A stretch of DNA of 64,000 nucleotides from Rhizophagus irregularis. Taxonomy: Eukaryota. This document shows, piece by piece, positions 1-12,974 of this stretch. The stretch is taken from contig NC_089432.1 of the NCBI RefSeq assembly GCF_026210795.1, positions 2,604,001 to 2,668,000 on the forward strand, in the 5' to 3' direction. A program made the translations under genes and the position numbers. Position 1 is the first letter of the stretch; each line of letters opens with the position of its first letter. A model generated the notes under the pieces. It saw only the letters and a program-made list of their open reading frames with translations, was not told the origin of the DNA and ran no database searches.

Positions 1-2261
1 TAAATATAAAATCCCAAGATTATAAATAGCTATTAAATGTCCATTATTTGCAGCTTTATTATACCAATTAGAAGCTCTTTTAAAATCTTTTTCAACACAT
101 TTTCCAAAATTATAAAAACAACCTAATTTAAATTGTCCCATTGCATAGCAATCTTTAGCTATTTTTTCATAATATACAAATGCTGATTTTTCACCTTTTG
201 TAATCATTCCATGTCCAAATTCATAACAATTTCCAACATAATATTGTGCTAATATATGACCCTGTACCGATGCATTAATAAATAAATTCAATGCTCTCAC
301 GTTATTTTCGGGTGTTCCAATTCCAAAATAATTAAAATATCCAAGTAAAAAATTGGAATTTGAATTGGTTTGGTTATATGATAGCCAATTATAGATTTCT
401 TCTGAATTTATATTATGGTTATTAAGATAATCAAGAACATGCTGTTTTGACTCATCTTTTCTATTTTCTTCCCTAAAAATAAGATCAACTATTTCATCAA
501 CTGCTATACTTAAATTCTTCTCAAATGAAATATTTATATTAATTTGATTATTTGTAGACATCATAAATAATTCATTTGCATTTGTATTATTGAATTTTTG
601 AATCATTTGAGATAATTCTCCATGCAATGAATTTTCTATACTATTTGGAATTAAACTTTCATTTGACGTAGGAATAATGTGATTAAACATACTTTGTTGA
701 TAAATTGTTGTGCTACTTGAATTTAGAGATATTCTTAATCTATTAACAACTTCATGTATTGATGGTCGTTCATTTGGTTCACAATTCCAACATTCTAATA
801 ATTATATTTGATTAAACTATGATAAAAATAAATACAAGAACTGAAATTAATAAGTGAAAATTAAATTTACCAGTATAAAGATCAGAATAATCATTAGGAG
901 TATCGGAAATAATTTCTTCTCTTCGACCTTGTGAAATTTTATACATTAAACTAAGATCATAATTTTCTTCATGAAATGGTGGTTTCCCACTTGATATTTC
1001 CCATAACAATACACCAATACTATATACATCGCTCTTCTCATTTAGTTTTAAATTGTCCGTTATTGCTTTCGGATCGATATAAGGAATCATACCACGTAGT
1101 CTTGATTGTGAATTAGATGATTCATCAACCCTTTTTGATAACCCAAAGTCTGCCAACTTAATGGAATTCTGATGAACTAACACATTACAGGAATGCTATA
1201 ATACACCAGCAGTATTAAATTAACTGTTAACTTAATTCATGTAAGGCCACACAAATTCGAATTTTCGGTTCACTTCACCCGGCCGGGTCACTTTTTCAAA
1301 TTTCAATAAAAAAAAGTTTATATATAAAAAATTTATCATGTGATCAGGACGTAATTTTATTGGCGGGTAAGTTTATCACGCGGCTGAGAACTTCTAGAGC
1401 GAAAATAAATTCCTCCCTTTTAAAAGTCAACCAATCAAATGTCACGATTTTATATATAAACTTTTTTTACTAATAAACAATAAACCCCGGGTCCCCGGGT
1501 TGATTTTAAATTTCAATGTTACATGAACCGAAAAATTGAATTTGTGTGGCCTAATATAGAAATTTTTTTTTAAAAAAAAATTACCAAGTCCCGGTGAACA
1601 ATCCCTTCGTCATGCAGGCATAATACAGAACAAGCTAATTGGTATCCCAAACTGTATTTATTATACCAGGTAAGTCTATGGAAATAATTTTTCAAATAGT
1701 CACGAAGAGCACCACTGTTTGCGTATTCCATTACTAATAAATAATCTTTTGTTGGATTAAGTATATTATCTAATAAAAAATGGTCATTATTAATTATTTC
1801 ATTAAAAAAAATATATATTTCAATCGTTATTAAATTTATTTAATAAAATTCTCACCTGTACCTGACTCATGTTTTGTAATTCCGTAAAAGCGAATAATGT
1901 TATCATGAAAATCTACATCTCGTTGAAGTTTAAGCTAAATTAATAATAAAAAATAAATAAATATAAAGAAAATATAAAAAAATAAATATTTTTTAGAATA
2001 TGCAATCAAATTTTTTAATAATAATAAAATTACCTCATGAATAATTTCTTTCAAAGTAATTTTATTAAGATTATAAAAAGATTTTAACGCTAAATAATTA
2101 TCAAAATTTTTCCAATTTGCACGAAAAACTTTTCCGAATGCTCCGGAACCAATTTCTTGAATATTTTTAAAATCTTCAAATTCATAATATTTAATATGTT
2201 TTTTATTGATAGCTTCTTCAATCCAATTGATCCATTCATTTATGTTTTCAATATTTTGCAT
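1..2261 (-). CDS. TKL-type protein kinase fused to Sel1-like repeats (multi-exon; 3' end runs off the window start)
   Basis: Exons encode GSGAFGKV, ALK, HRDL|HS, DFG and KSDVYSIG. The last exon starts ECWNCEPNERPS and stays open into Sel1 repeats through base 1. GT-AG introns; close paralog of 12975-15266. Confidence 0.9.
1245..1551. mobile_element. PIF/Harbinger-type MITE inside a kinase intron
   Basis: TIRs GGCCACACAAATTC...GAATTTGTGTGGCC, flanked by TAA (1242-1244, 1552-1554). Absent from the same intron of the paralog (about 14510-14577). Confidence 0.85.
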
Positions 2262-5200
2262 TTTGTTACTATTGCTATTATTCGAAATAGTGAATAGAGT
2301 ATGAAATAAAAATTTTTGACGGTAAAAGTAAAAAAAAAAGAAAATATATTCTAATTATGGATTTGTTGTGTAATATTAAAATTAAATTAATTGTTGATCA
2401 ACCGCAGTATTTGTTTTTTGATAAAAGTTATACTAATTTTCGCCCCAGATTCCCATTGGATCCGACGTGGAATTCCATGTAATGACGGCAGAAGACATGG
2501 ACCCGGATGATTACAAATGATTACAACTGAAATCAAAAAAATTCCAGATGTCGATCAATCGGACCCGGTTCACCGGCCAGAATCAATAGAAGTAGTGGCG
2601 AAAATTAGCTAAATTTTAATAATTCAGTTAATATACGAGCAAATATACCAATTTGCTTAGCCCGCCAGAGCGTTGGGGAAATAAGGGATTATAAATTATA
2701 CGCTGAGTCACAAACTGACAAAATTTTGATACTGGTCTTTGTCACGTGTTAATAATAATTGCTGATATAATATTAAATCAACCGCTTTACAAGTCATGGT
2801 GTTATTATCATTTATAAAAATAATTAAAGAACTTCCTTAATATTATTTTCATTATATATAAGATTTACTGAAGATAAATTACTATTATTAACACATTCAC
2901 AAATTATTATTGTTAAAATCGCCCGTGTTCAAAATTCAGTAAATATGTTTTTTTTTTTAGTAATTTATTTTATATTATTTAATATTTAATATTTTAGATA
3001 TCAACATAAATATTTTTTTCCTATTTTGGAATACTTTAACAATGTGAAGAAATTGTTACCTTAATTTTTATGCTTAACTGAAAGATAAAGAAATACTGAA
3101 ACAATTTTTAACCTAAATTATCAAACAAGTATATTTATTTTGTTTGTTATAGGATGTTATTTTTTTTTTGGTTTTTATTAAGAGGAGCATTTGTGATACA
3201 GTATCTATAAATTATACTTAGAACGTTAGTGCTCGTTATATAAACGGGCTATTTCACGGATCAGCCTCATGGCGATCATTATGATCGGTGAAATAACTAT
3301 CAATATATATTTTCACCGGTTAACAATAAAATAATGTCTGGATTTTCATTTGAAATTTTTTTTTTTCATTTTAATCTAATATGATCTAAATTGAAAAATA
3401 AAGCTCAATTTTGAAAAAAATTTTTTATCAGTCTTTTGACGAATTTCAAGAAACGAGATCTAAAATCTACGTATATGATTCTATATTATAAAAACTAAAA
3501 AACTTGTTTTGCAGGAATAAATTATAAATACTGTAATATTCAGGTAAAGGATATATGAAATGAATTTTTTTCTTTTGATGCTATAATTTTAAAAAAAATC
3601 TCATGACAAAACGAGTATATAGTAAATTAGTATGGTACGATATAATATAATAATTAATAAGTAAGGTTTAAGTACAGGTACGATGAGTAAAATATCATAG
3701 GAATTATAATATCACATGAATAACCTTTGGGCATGATTTAGTAAAAATTCCGAATTACAGAATGAATCTTATTTTAAAATAAATCTTTAATATAAATTTT
3801 TTTTTAAGATGTAAAAGTGTAATTTAAAAGACGTTGATATTAAATTTTAGTATTTTGCAGTTGTATCATAGACGAAATGAAAATTAATTTATAGAAAAAT
3901 TTCCTTTAATTTTTTAATGGTAAATTTTTAAAATGAAATTGAAAAAGAAAAAAATAATATAGGTATTATATTTTATTAACTTCGTACCGTTCCGGAGAAA
4001 CAGGTACGGTGAGATCGGCAAATGGAAACAGCATACCGGTTAAAGTTTCATATCTAAAAAACAATAAAGCACAATACCGTAACAAATGCACTAAAATATA
4101 CCATAAATAACACCCTAACAAACTTGATGTTTGAATTAAATTTACATAATTATTTTTTTTCTCAAAATATTGAACAAAATTTAATATCACAAAGACGATT
4201 TCTAAGCCTAAGATTGTACCGAAATTATATATTTCTATATATTCAGTTTGTTAAATAAAAAATAAAATAATGGGTAAAATTAAAATGACATAATATTAGA
4301 GAACTGCATAATTCATTGCTGCTATGAGTCGCTTTAATAATGTTCATAAAACTAAAATTTGAAAATATTATACAGTAAAATTCGATAAATCGGAAATTTC
4401 GATATACGAAAATCCGTTATATTAATTGACCTACATTATATTTAACATTTTCTTTATTTTAAGTAAAAGAAATCATGAAAATGAGTATAAAATATTTTTT
4501 ATTGCGAATAATTACATCAATGACTACGGCCGGAATTAAGATTTCATAACTCTGGCCAAAATTAAGATTCAATTTTATTGGTTACTGTATATCGAATCAT
4601 TTTTTAGAGAAATTTGATCTCTGATTTTTTACTAATAAATTTCGGTATATCCGGTTTAAGCCCAAATCTGGTTTAGACAAATTTCACTTACCAGTTACTG
4701 TTATATAATGCGTCTATCCTCCATCCAAAGATATAGTGCGAATAACCATCATGTGCAGATACGGATTGACGGATGGAAAATATCCGCGGATTGTAACACT
4801 AATTTCATTAATATTCCATTATCAGTTATCTAATCCCCACTTTCGTTAAAAATAGAAATTTATTACTATCCGGTTCATTGCATCGCGTTTCTCTATTTCA
4901 TTACCAATTAACATTCACAAAATCAATAATATTAGTCCTTCGCGGGTGATGAGTCATGAGTGTAAGTATTACTTATTAACTAAAGTGGGTGATGTTTATT
5001 CTGGCATTGTTAGTATTCCTAATATTAGTAATTTAAACCGTTCTATAATAAAAAATAATATAAGGAAAGGCTATATTGTAAATTTATTTATAAAAACTCC
5101 TGTAAAAGATAAAAATAGTTCTGGTAGATGATTTAATAAACGTAAACTTTTTGGGATTTATCTTATCACTTTTATTAATAAGTTAGACCATTCACTTGTT

Positions 5201-5844
5201 TCATTATAAAATAAATTTTAAGCTTGCTATCGTTTATCTTATTTTAGTTGTTGAGCCTAATACAGTTAATATCGTAATTAGAAATGCAATGAGATTAATA
5301 TTTTAGATAAATCAAACCTTCAAGATTAGATAACAAATTTGACTAAAAGATCCACAAAATACCGTTCCAAAATAAATCAGTTTAGATTTTGGTAACATGA
5401 TTATTATTTGTTATATTTTTTGTTCGTTTCATCTTCATTTGCTTAAGAAATGTGCTTGTTGCAATATACTAGAAATATTTCCTTTATAATATGTCATTTA
5501 AATTCTTTTTCAAAAGGTAAAATCGTATTAAACGAGAAAAGTAATTAGTTCATATAAATAATAATTTTATTGCCACGGCCAAGCCAATTTGTTTGGCCGT
5601 TGACCGATTTAGCCGATCGGCCAAAGCCAACGGTCAAAATTGACGGGCCAAAGTTGATTGGGAATTGACCGTGACCAGGAACTAAATCAGCCGTTTTGGC
5701 CGGCCAAATCGGTCAAACATAATGTTAATCAAATGGCCAAATATCTAATTCATTTTCATACTTATTCATTAGAACGGTAAAAAATTGTTTTATAAAATTA
5801 TTTTATTAAAATGTCACAATTTTGGTGATTTTATTGAAGTATTA

Positions 5845-6041
5845 CAGCTGATTTCATAATGTACGGGACACTTAGCAAATTTTAAAGAACTCGGAAATAT
5901 TCGGTAAAGCTTGATATAAAATAAAAATTATACGCTAATTTTGGAGTACTATTCCGAGAATGGTGGTATAATTTTATCTTATTTTGAGCTTTACCGATTA
6001 TTTCCGAGTTCTTTAAAATTTGTACATTGTGAAATCAGCTG
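5845..6041. mobile_element. Fold-back Tc1/mariner-type MITE
   Basis: CAGCTGATTTC...GAAATCAGCTG ends flanked by TA; inner arms AAATTTTAAAGAACTCGGAAATA / TATTTCCGAGTTCTTTAAAATTT. Confidence 0.75.
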
Positions 6042-6684
6042 TAATAGTAAATGTGTGCCGATCTCCCTTTACCTATATATATCCTAAAACGCCCCTTCGG
6101 TGAAATATCCCTTCGGTGAAATGATATCGGCGAAATGTACCGTACCGTACGAGCAATGACAATTATTATTGGGTGTGTACCGAAATTGGAATGGATCAAG
6201 TGCGACTTCCACTTGACGATAAAGATATAACAACTTTTTACCTTGTTTTTTTTTGCGTTAAATTCTCATAATACTCAGGATATCTGTTGACACTTTCATG
6301 GTCACCTTGATTATACCCTTGTCCTTAACTTTTGAAATAAAATAATTTAATAATTTTTTACTTTTTTAATAATAAGGGTTTTATTTTTTGCCAAACTTTC
6401 GAGATTAAAAAACTACTTTTGACTAAAGATCCACCAAATACTGTTAAAGTAAATCAGTTTTGAGGTAACATGATTATTATTTGTTGTACTTTATGTTTCA
6501 TTTTATCTTCATTTGTTTAAGAAACGTTTTTGTTGCGATATACTATATCATTTATTTTCTTTTTCAAAAGGTAAAATCATTCTAAATGAAAATTAATTAG
6601 TTCATTATACTAGGTATAAATCATAAAATCAACATTACATAATAATTTAATAAATTCTTGTCTAAATATACAATTTAAATGTCT

Positions 6685-7084
6685 TTAAATAATTTTACAT
6701 AAACTGTTTCTAATTTTTTTAAGCATTTTTAATTTATTTTGAGCATCTTGATGTCCTTGTTTAACAGATTGCTTATACCAATAAATTGCTTTGTCTATAT
6801 TTTTTTCAATTCCATCTCCATTCTCATACATAATAGCAAGATTATATTGTCTAATTTTATTTCCTAAATTTGCAGCTTTCTGATATAATTCAACAGCCTT
6901 TTTCCTATCAATACTTATTCCAATTCCGTTACAGTAACAATTCCCTAACATCGTTATTGCTCTTGGATATTCACTTTCAGCTGATTTTTTAAATAATTCA
7001 AAAACTTTTTGATGATTTTTATCAACACCTTTTCTATGTAAATATAAAATTCCAAGATAATCATAGCTGTCAAATAACCATTAT
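6685..7084 (-). pseudogene. 3' remnant of a kinase-Sel1 gene (last Sel1 repeats only)
   Basis: MLGNCYCNGIG...QYNLAIMYENGDG...KAIYWY. Frameshift near 7060; similarity stops abruptly at about 7084 where foreign sequence begins. Confidence 0.8.
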
Positions 7085-7089
7085 TTAAT

Positions 7090-9000
7090 TAATTACGATT
7101 TTCAATCTCCAAAAAGAAAAAGGAAAAGGGGGAGCTAATCTTGGATGTACCGTATCTCCGAGATCATCTACTAACATCGGTACATTGTACCGATGTTGGT
7201 AGATGATCTCGGAGATAAAGGAAAAGAGATGGCACGTGACTTATTCTTCCATCAATTTGTCGAAGACAGGGAAAGTTTTTAGGATACAAGTGAGACAACA
7301 TTACAAATACAAGGCCGTAATTGCAAAAATTTTGTTGAAAGAAAATTTTGAAACTACTTCAAAAATGGCACTTTTGGAATTTTTATTAGCAAAAATTATA
7401 TTAGATGGTACAACGCAGCAAATGGACTGAAAGCAAGACAGGAACGAGATAAATGGCAATTGGTCAGGAACCTAACTAAAGAAGAAATGGAGAATATAAA
7501 AAGGAGCAGTGAATGCGTTTTAAGAAAAAGCTTCTTACATTAAAATTATTAGAATCACGCAAAAATTGGAAAGTGATTGGATACTTTAATGATCAAAAAG
7601 CATCGGAAAACACGGTAGAGATTTCTTTGAAGAAGAAGGATTTAGTGAAGATTTGGATGGTAAGGAACTTCAAGATGATATATAAAAACGGCAAAAGTAA
7701 GGATGAGAAAAAAAAGAAGATTGTGAATTTAATAAGTACGAATCATGGTGCAGAGAAAGATTTTCGACACCGCAGACGCCTCCAAATAGGACATACTGTA
7801 TATGGAGCTATCAAACATGGCGGCAAAGAATAAGCAAAAACTGACATCAACGTACCGACTGATGAAATGATAGTGAACATGATTAATGAATGTCGTTTAA
7901 GTGAGAAAGGGGAATTGGAAGAAAGCGACATAGAAGATGAGGACGATCTAGCTTTTGACAAATTGGAAAATAGAATTAGCTAGTAAACCTCTAAAACGTG
8001 ATAATGTCGCACCAGAAGATCGTAAAAGATTACCGAGCGAAAAAAAATTGAGTACGCTCGATATCAAGTATCTAATAATGAGTCTGAAAGAGATTTGGTG
8101 AGAGAGGTGCAAGCCAAATTAGAGGAAATAGAGGAGATTTTTGCGGAAACTTCTAATGAAATGGAATGGGAAAAAATCAACATAGACTCATAGAGGCCTT
8201 GCGATTGATAAAGAGCGAATATAAGTTGACGAAGCCGAGGCAAGTGAAAAGCTGGGCGATGAAGACGAACAACTTTATGATGATGAGTCAGAGAATCATC
8301 AGCATGGCGGAACAAATAAAGCGATATATTGCGCGAATACACCACACTTAATGATGATTTCAAAAAAAAGACTGAAGGATGAAAATCGCAAGACGGACGA
8401 AAAAGAAATTGGAGAGAAACGACCAATGACGGAGACGCCACCACCACGAAAGCCGAAAAATTTTAGAGGATAATAATTGAGGAGATAGAGATGTCTGATA
8501 ATTTTGCATCGTATAATCGAGGTCACGTGATCTCACGTAAAAAAATTTTTCCGATAGAAAAAATAGGATAAATTCGATGTAAATTTAGTCAGTAGGGATG
8601 GGTAACACAAGACTAGTTTTTTTGTAGGCGGAAACGTGATGAAGGGAAAGTTTGGGATAATGATTACTGGGATGTGGGGCTGTTGGGCCTCGTCTGAATT
8701 TTCAGCTTAGATCTCAGTCGTATAACGAAATTTCTCCTGTAACGTTTATTTGGTTTATTTGGTAATGGTTTTTGTTTTTGTTTCTTTTTTTAGTTTTTTT
8801 GTCTTCTTTAGTTAGGTTTTATTTTATTTGTGGATTTGAGATAATTTATTAGGATCCTAGCATTGCATGACAGTACATATTATGATCTAGCCCGTTGTAT
8901 TTAGAATAGATTATGCCCTAACTGCTATAGAGCCCACGATCCTTGAGGTCTGCGGTTCTAAGTATTTCGAATATTAATATGTACTAATACAAATATTAAT
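7090..9000 (+). mobile_element. Degenerate retrotransposon gag-like fragment
   Basis: Purine-rich broken ORFs with gag-like segments (QKASENTVE) and a decayed zinc knuckle (YNRGHVISR, about 8510). Many stops; no pol seen; boundaries approximate. Confidence 0.4.
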
Positions 9001-9141
9001 AAAGAAATGCAATGCATGGTTTTTTTTTTAAAAAAAAAGATTTTCTATTCATCTACCCAAAATAAAAATAGAATAGTCTCCATATAAATAATTTGAATTA
9101 TGTAACTTAAAATTCCGTGCATATAATTAGACCCGTGACAT

Positions 9142-10100
9142 TGTGGTGGTCAGTCAACTAAGTAAATCAAAACTATATGTGGTTAACTAACTATAAGCTT
9201 ATTTAAATTTTTTGATCAACATAATATTTATATAAATTCATATATATAAACGTAAAGCTTATTTTTTTAGATGCCCAGATTGAATAACAACTTCTTTCTC
9301 GGTTATTTTGGTATTAATTAATTTTTATGAACTATGACCATAAAGTTACGAAGCATTTTTTTACATTAGCCATTAAATTTTCTAGTATTATAGACTAAAA
9401 ATCCATCTATATATCAAAGTTTGACTCTTCAAACCAAATACTAGGTATCTTATATTAAATGTAACAAATAGCTTCGTAACTTTGTTTATATGGTTGCATT
9501 AATGATTTTCATATAGTTTTTTTCTTAAGATACAAAATAGTTAAAGCTGTACATCTAATTTAACAGTAAGTTATGGGTATATATAAATAATACAAACGCC
9601 GGTTCCATTTAAAAAAAGCAAATAAAGCACGTCTTGATAATATTGAAAAACTAATGAAAAGGTATCATCTACCAGTGAAGATGTATATTTTGTCAATGAA
9701 GAGGTGTTTTTTGATGAAGAAGTGTTTTCTATTAATGAAGAGACGCCTATTGATGATAAGAATCCACAAAAATCTTATTTAATTTCGATGATACAAGAAT
9801 TACCTGATAAAGATATATCTCAAGCAAGAAATCTTATTTCAATTATGTGATATCCAAAAGGACCAAATAAAGAGAAGATATTTTCGCCATATTTACAACA
9901 AAAAACATAGCTATTTTTTATAAGCATCATTCTTCTCATCAATTTTTAAAGACTCAAATTTAACAATTTACGATAATGATATTGCTACCTCAATATTACA
10001 TAATCAAGGATCGACATCTTTGTTTCACAAAAAATTCGATAATAAGTTTTTATATGGTACCACATATAGTTTTGATTTACTTAGTTGACTGACCACCCCA
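9142..10100. mobile_element. Non-autonomous Mutator/MULE-like element
   Basis: About 42-bp TIRs (GGTGGTCAGTCAACTAAGTAAATCAAAACTATATGTGGT and its reverse complement); perfect 9-bp TSD CCGTGACAT (9133-9141, 10101-10109); broken coding fragment at about 9590-9910. Confidence 0.85.
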
Positions 10101-10559
10101 CCGTGACATGCCCCTTCCAACCGGTTAATGAAAAAACTTTTCTTTTTTTGCTGATTCGTTAAAAAAAACTGTTTGTATTATTAATGATTTTTCATCGGCC
10201 GCAACTACTATCCTTTTCGGTCTTTTTTTAGACCAAATTATTCTTTTACAGTAAATATTTTCGGTCCTTTGGTCTTTATGTTTAGACCTCAAATATTTTT
10301 TCTGTCTTTTTAGATCGAATTCTTTTTTTTTTATAATATTTCTTTTTTGATTTTTTAAAACCGATATTTTAATGATTTATTTTGATATTTTTGTTCCGGT
10401 TTTTTTAAATCCGAATTTTTTGAATTTTTTTCTTTATTAACATTAATAAAAAGACTTTCTTGCTATTTTTTTTATTATTCATTTTTATTGTATTTATTCA
10501 TTTATAATTAACACTAATAAAAGGATAATTTTCTTGGTTATCTCCATCCTATAGCATAA

Positions 10560-10870
10560 GTTATAGTAAATTTTTAGTTATATAAAATAAAATGTTTAAT
10601 TAAAATCATAATAAATGCTGTTGTAAATAGTAAAATGAGAGTATCGTTAAAAAATAAGAATATTTTGTCTTTAGAACAAATAATAGAGATAGACAATAAC
10701 AAGATTATGAAGTGGAAGTATTTGTACTTAGAAAATGATAACAAAATCAAAGGGAAAGGACCTTTGTGATATAAGCAAATTAAAGTTATAATTATGATAG
10801 ACGATAATTGACGCAGGGAAAAAGAGAAATTTAAAACTTTAACAACTACTAACAGTGAGTTCGTAAAGAT
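10560..10870 (+). mobile_element. Small decayed non-LTR retrotransposon ORF2 fragment
   Basis: Reads RVSLKNKNILSLEQI...KWKYLY...KGKGPL*YK; resembles the LINE fragment at about 50390-50560 (-). Confidence 0.45.
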
Positions 10871-11006
10871 TGCTCAAGAAACGTCTGTACTCTGTAATAA
10901 TATTATTATATTAGTTGAAAACAATAATAAGAATTCACGTGAATTGCACGTGGTTTGTTTAACAGTTAATAGAAAATTTAGCATAAATTAACCCTAGCTA
11001 ATTTAA

Positions 11007-11251
11007 AATACGGATCTTCTTTTAGTTGATTGGTTTGTTTCTTTTTTATTTCTTTCCGGGTTGGCGGGTGAGTTCTGGGGGTGGTCGAGGATCCTTTCCG
11101 TTGCTCGCTTTTCTTCAAGGTCAGATGTCACTGCCTGTTGTGGCGGTTTTTTCGTTAGTGATAGAATTACTTTCGGCTCAATTTATTTGTTGTCCTTGTA
11201 ATTTGTACTTCGAATTGGTTCGTCTGAAACATAAAAATAAAATAAAAATAA
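11007..11251 (+). mobile_element. 5'-truncated non-LTR retro-insertion (LINE 3' end or SINE)
   Basis: Flanked by a 17-bp direct repeat AACCCTAGCTAATTTAA (10990-11006, 11252-11268), with an (AAAAT)n tail at about 11230-11251. Confidence 0.8.
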
Positions 11252-12974
11252 AACCCTAGCTAATTTAATACTTAATATATCTTATACTAATTTGATTAGC
11301 CCGCCGGAACGTCGGGAGCGAAATAAGGGACTATAAATTCTACACTGAGCGACACAGAAGTGTCCGCTGCTCGTCTCGCAGAATGAATTCTTTCAGTACA
11401 CAATAATTTTGAGGTAAAGATCCGTAATGGAATGATTTTTATAAATTTTTTTTGGCGCGAATCTGTAAACTCGGATTTTATAAAAATTATTTAAGAGAAA
11501 TTAAATTAATCTTTAATATTATTTTTAGAGAATTAAATATAATGTTTGATGTTTAAATACCACCATTTTTTTTGGAAATTAAATATAAATAAAATTTCCT
11601 AGAGAATTAAGAAATAAATATTTAATTAATTGCCGATTTTTATAATCTCGACTTTTGCGACGCAACATAATGATATTATTAAATTTAAATCATGGTTTTA
11701 GAGAGTCAAAATAACATTTGATAAGAGAATTTTGATTACATTTATATATTTAATATTTTGTCATATTTTATGGTATAATTTTTTTTTAATAAATGTTGCA
11801 ATTTTATAAAATTTTTTGAGCCGAGATCCGGGTCTTCATATTATAAACGAAATTTTAGATTGTCTAATTTCACTGATGTTACACTATCTAGTCACTACTT
11901 TCATTAAAAATAGATTCGAATTTACCATTATCTAGTTCATTGGTAGCACGGTTCTCTACTTCATCACCAATAGCACTTTCTAATATTAGTCCTTCACAAC
12001 GAGTGTAATTTATTCACAATTGAATTAACTCAAGTGGGAAACGTTTATTCTGATATTATTGCTACTCTATTCTTGATTTAAAACGTTCTATAATTAACTG
12101 TTAAAGTAATATAAGGTAAAATTGCATAACGGATTTATTTATCATTAATTCCTATGCTAATTTTATAAATTTATTGTTTGTTAAAAACTCCTTTAAAAGA
12201 TAAAAATATTTATACTTACTTCAAATGTTTTTGTAAATATAAACGTACACTATTTGTAATTTATCTTTTTTATTGAGTTAGTCCATTCACTTGTTTCATT
12301 ATGAAAAAAAATAGATTTTTTAAGACTAATTTTTAGTTGTGAAGCCTATACAATAAATACTCTAATATATTTACGATCATCGTATATAGAAATGACAATA
12401 TCCGTTAATTGTTTCACAATAAAATCGTTACGTGACGTTTTTTTACATAAAAAAATACCAGTACTCGTTATCCATCCATGTTATTTACCCGTTAATAACC
12501 CGTTATTAACCCGCTATCCACCCATTATCCATCCGTGATTTATCCGTTCATCCGCTAAGATAACGGTTAACCCGGATTGAACTCGATAATAAACCGGATT
12601 AAAAATTCATTAATAATGGAACGACCCGGGTCTGAACACTATTTTAGATAAATCAAAACTTCAAGAATATATAACTACTTTTGACTAAATGGTTCAACAA
12701 ACAGTACTTTAGCCTTTAGGCTTCGTTTTATCTTCACTTGTTTAAGAAATGTTTTTGTTGCGATATACTATAATATTTCCTTGATAATATTGTATCATTT
12801 ATTTTCTTTTTCAAAGGTAAAATCATTTAAACGTTTTAATGGAAAATTAATTAGTTCATTATACTAGGTATAAATAATAATTTTACTATAATCAACATTA
12901 CATAATAATTTAACTAATTCTTATGTTTGGAAAGATAATTTTTAAAAAAAAGAAAATACTATCTTTAATTGTTT

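Noticed and set aside
5570..5740. GGCCAA/TTGACC motif cluster (similar clusters near 4740-4800 and 12460-12640)
   Set aside because: Probably one-ended hAT subterminal remnants; paired ends not found.
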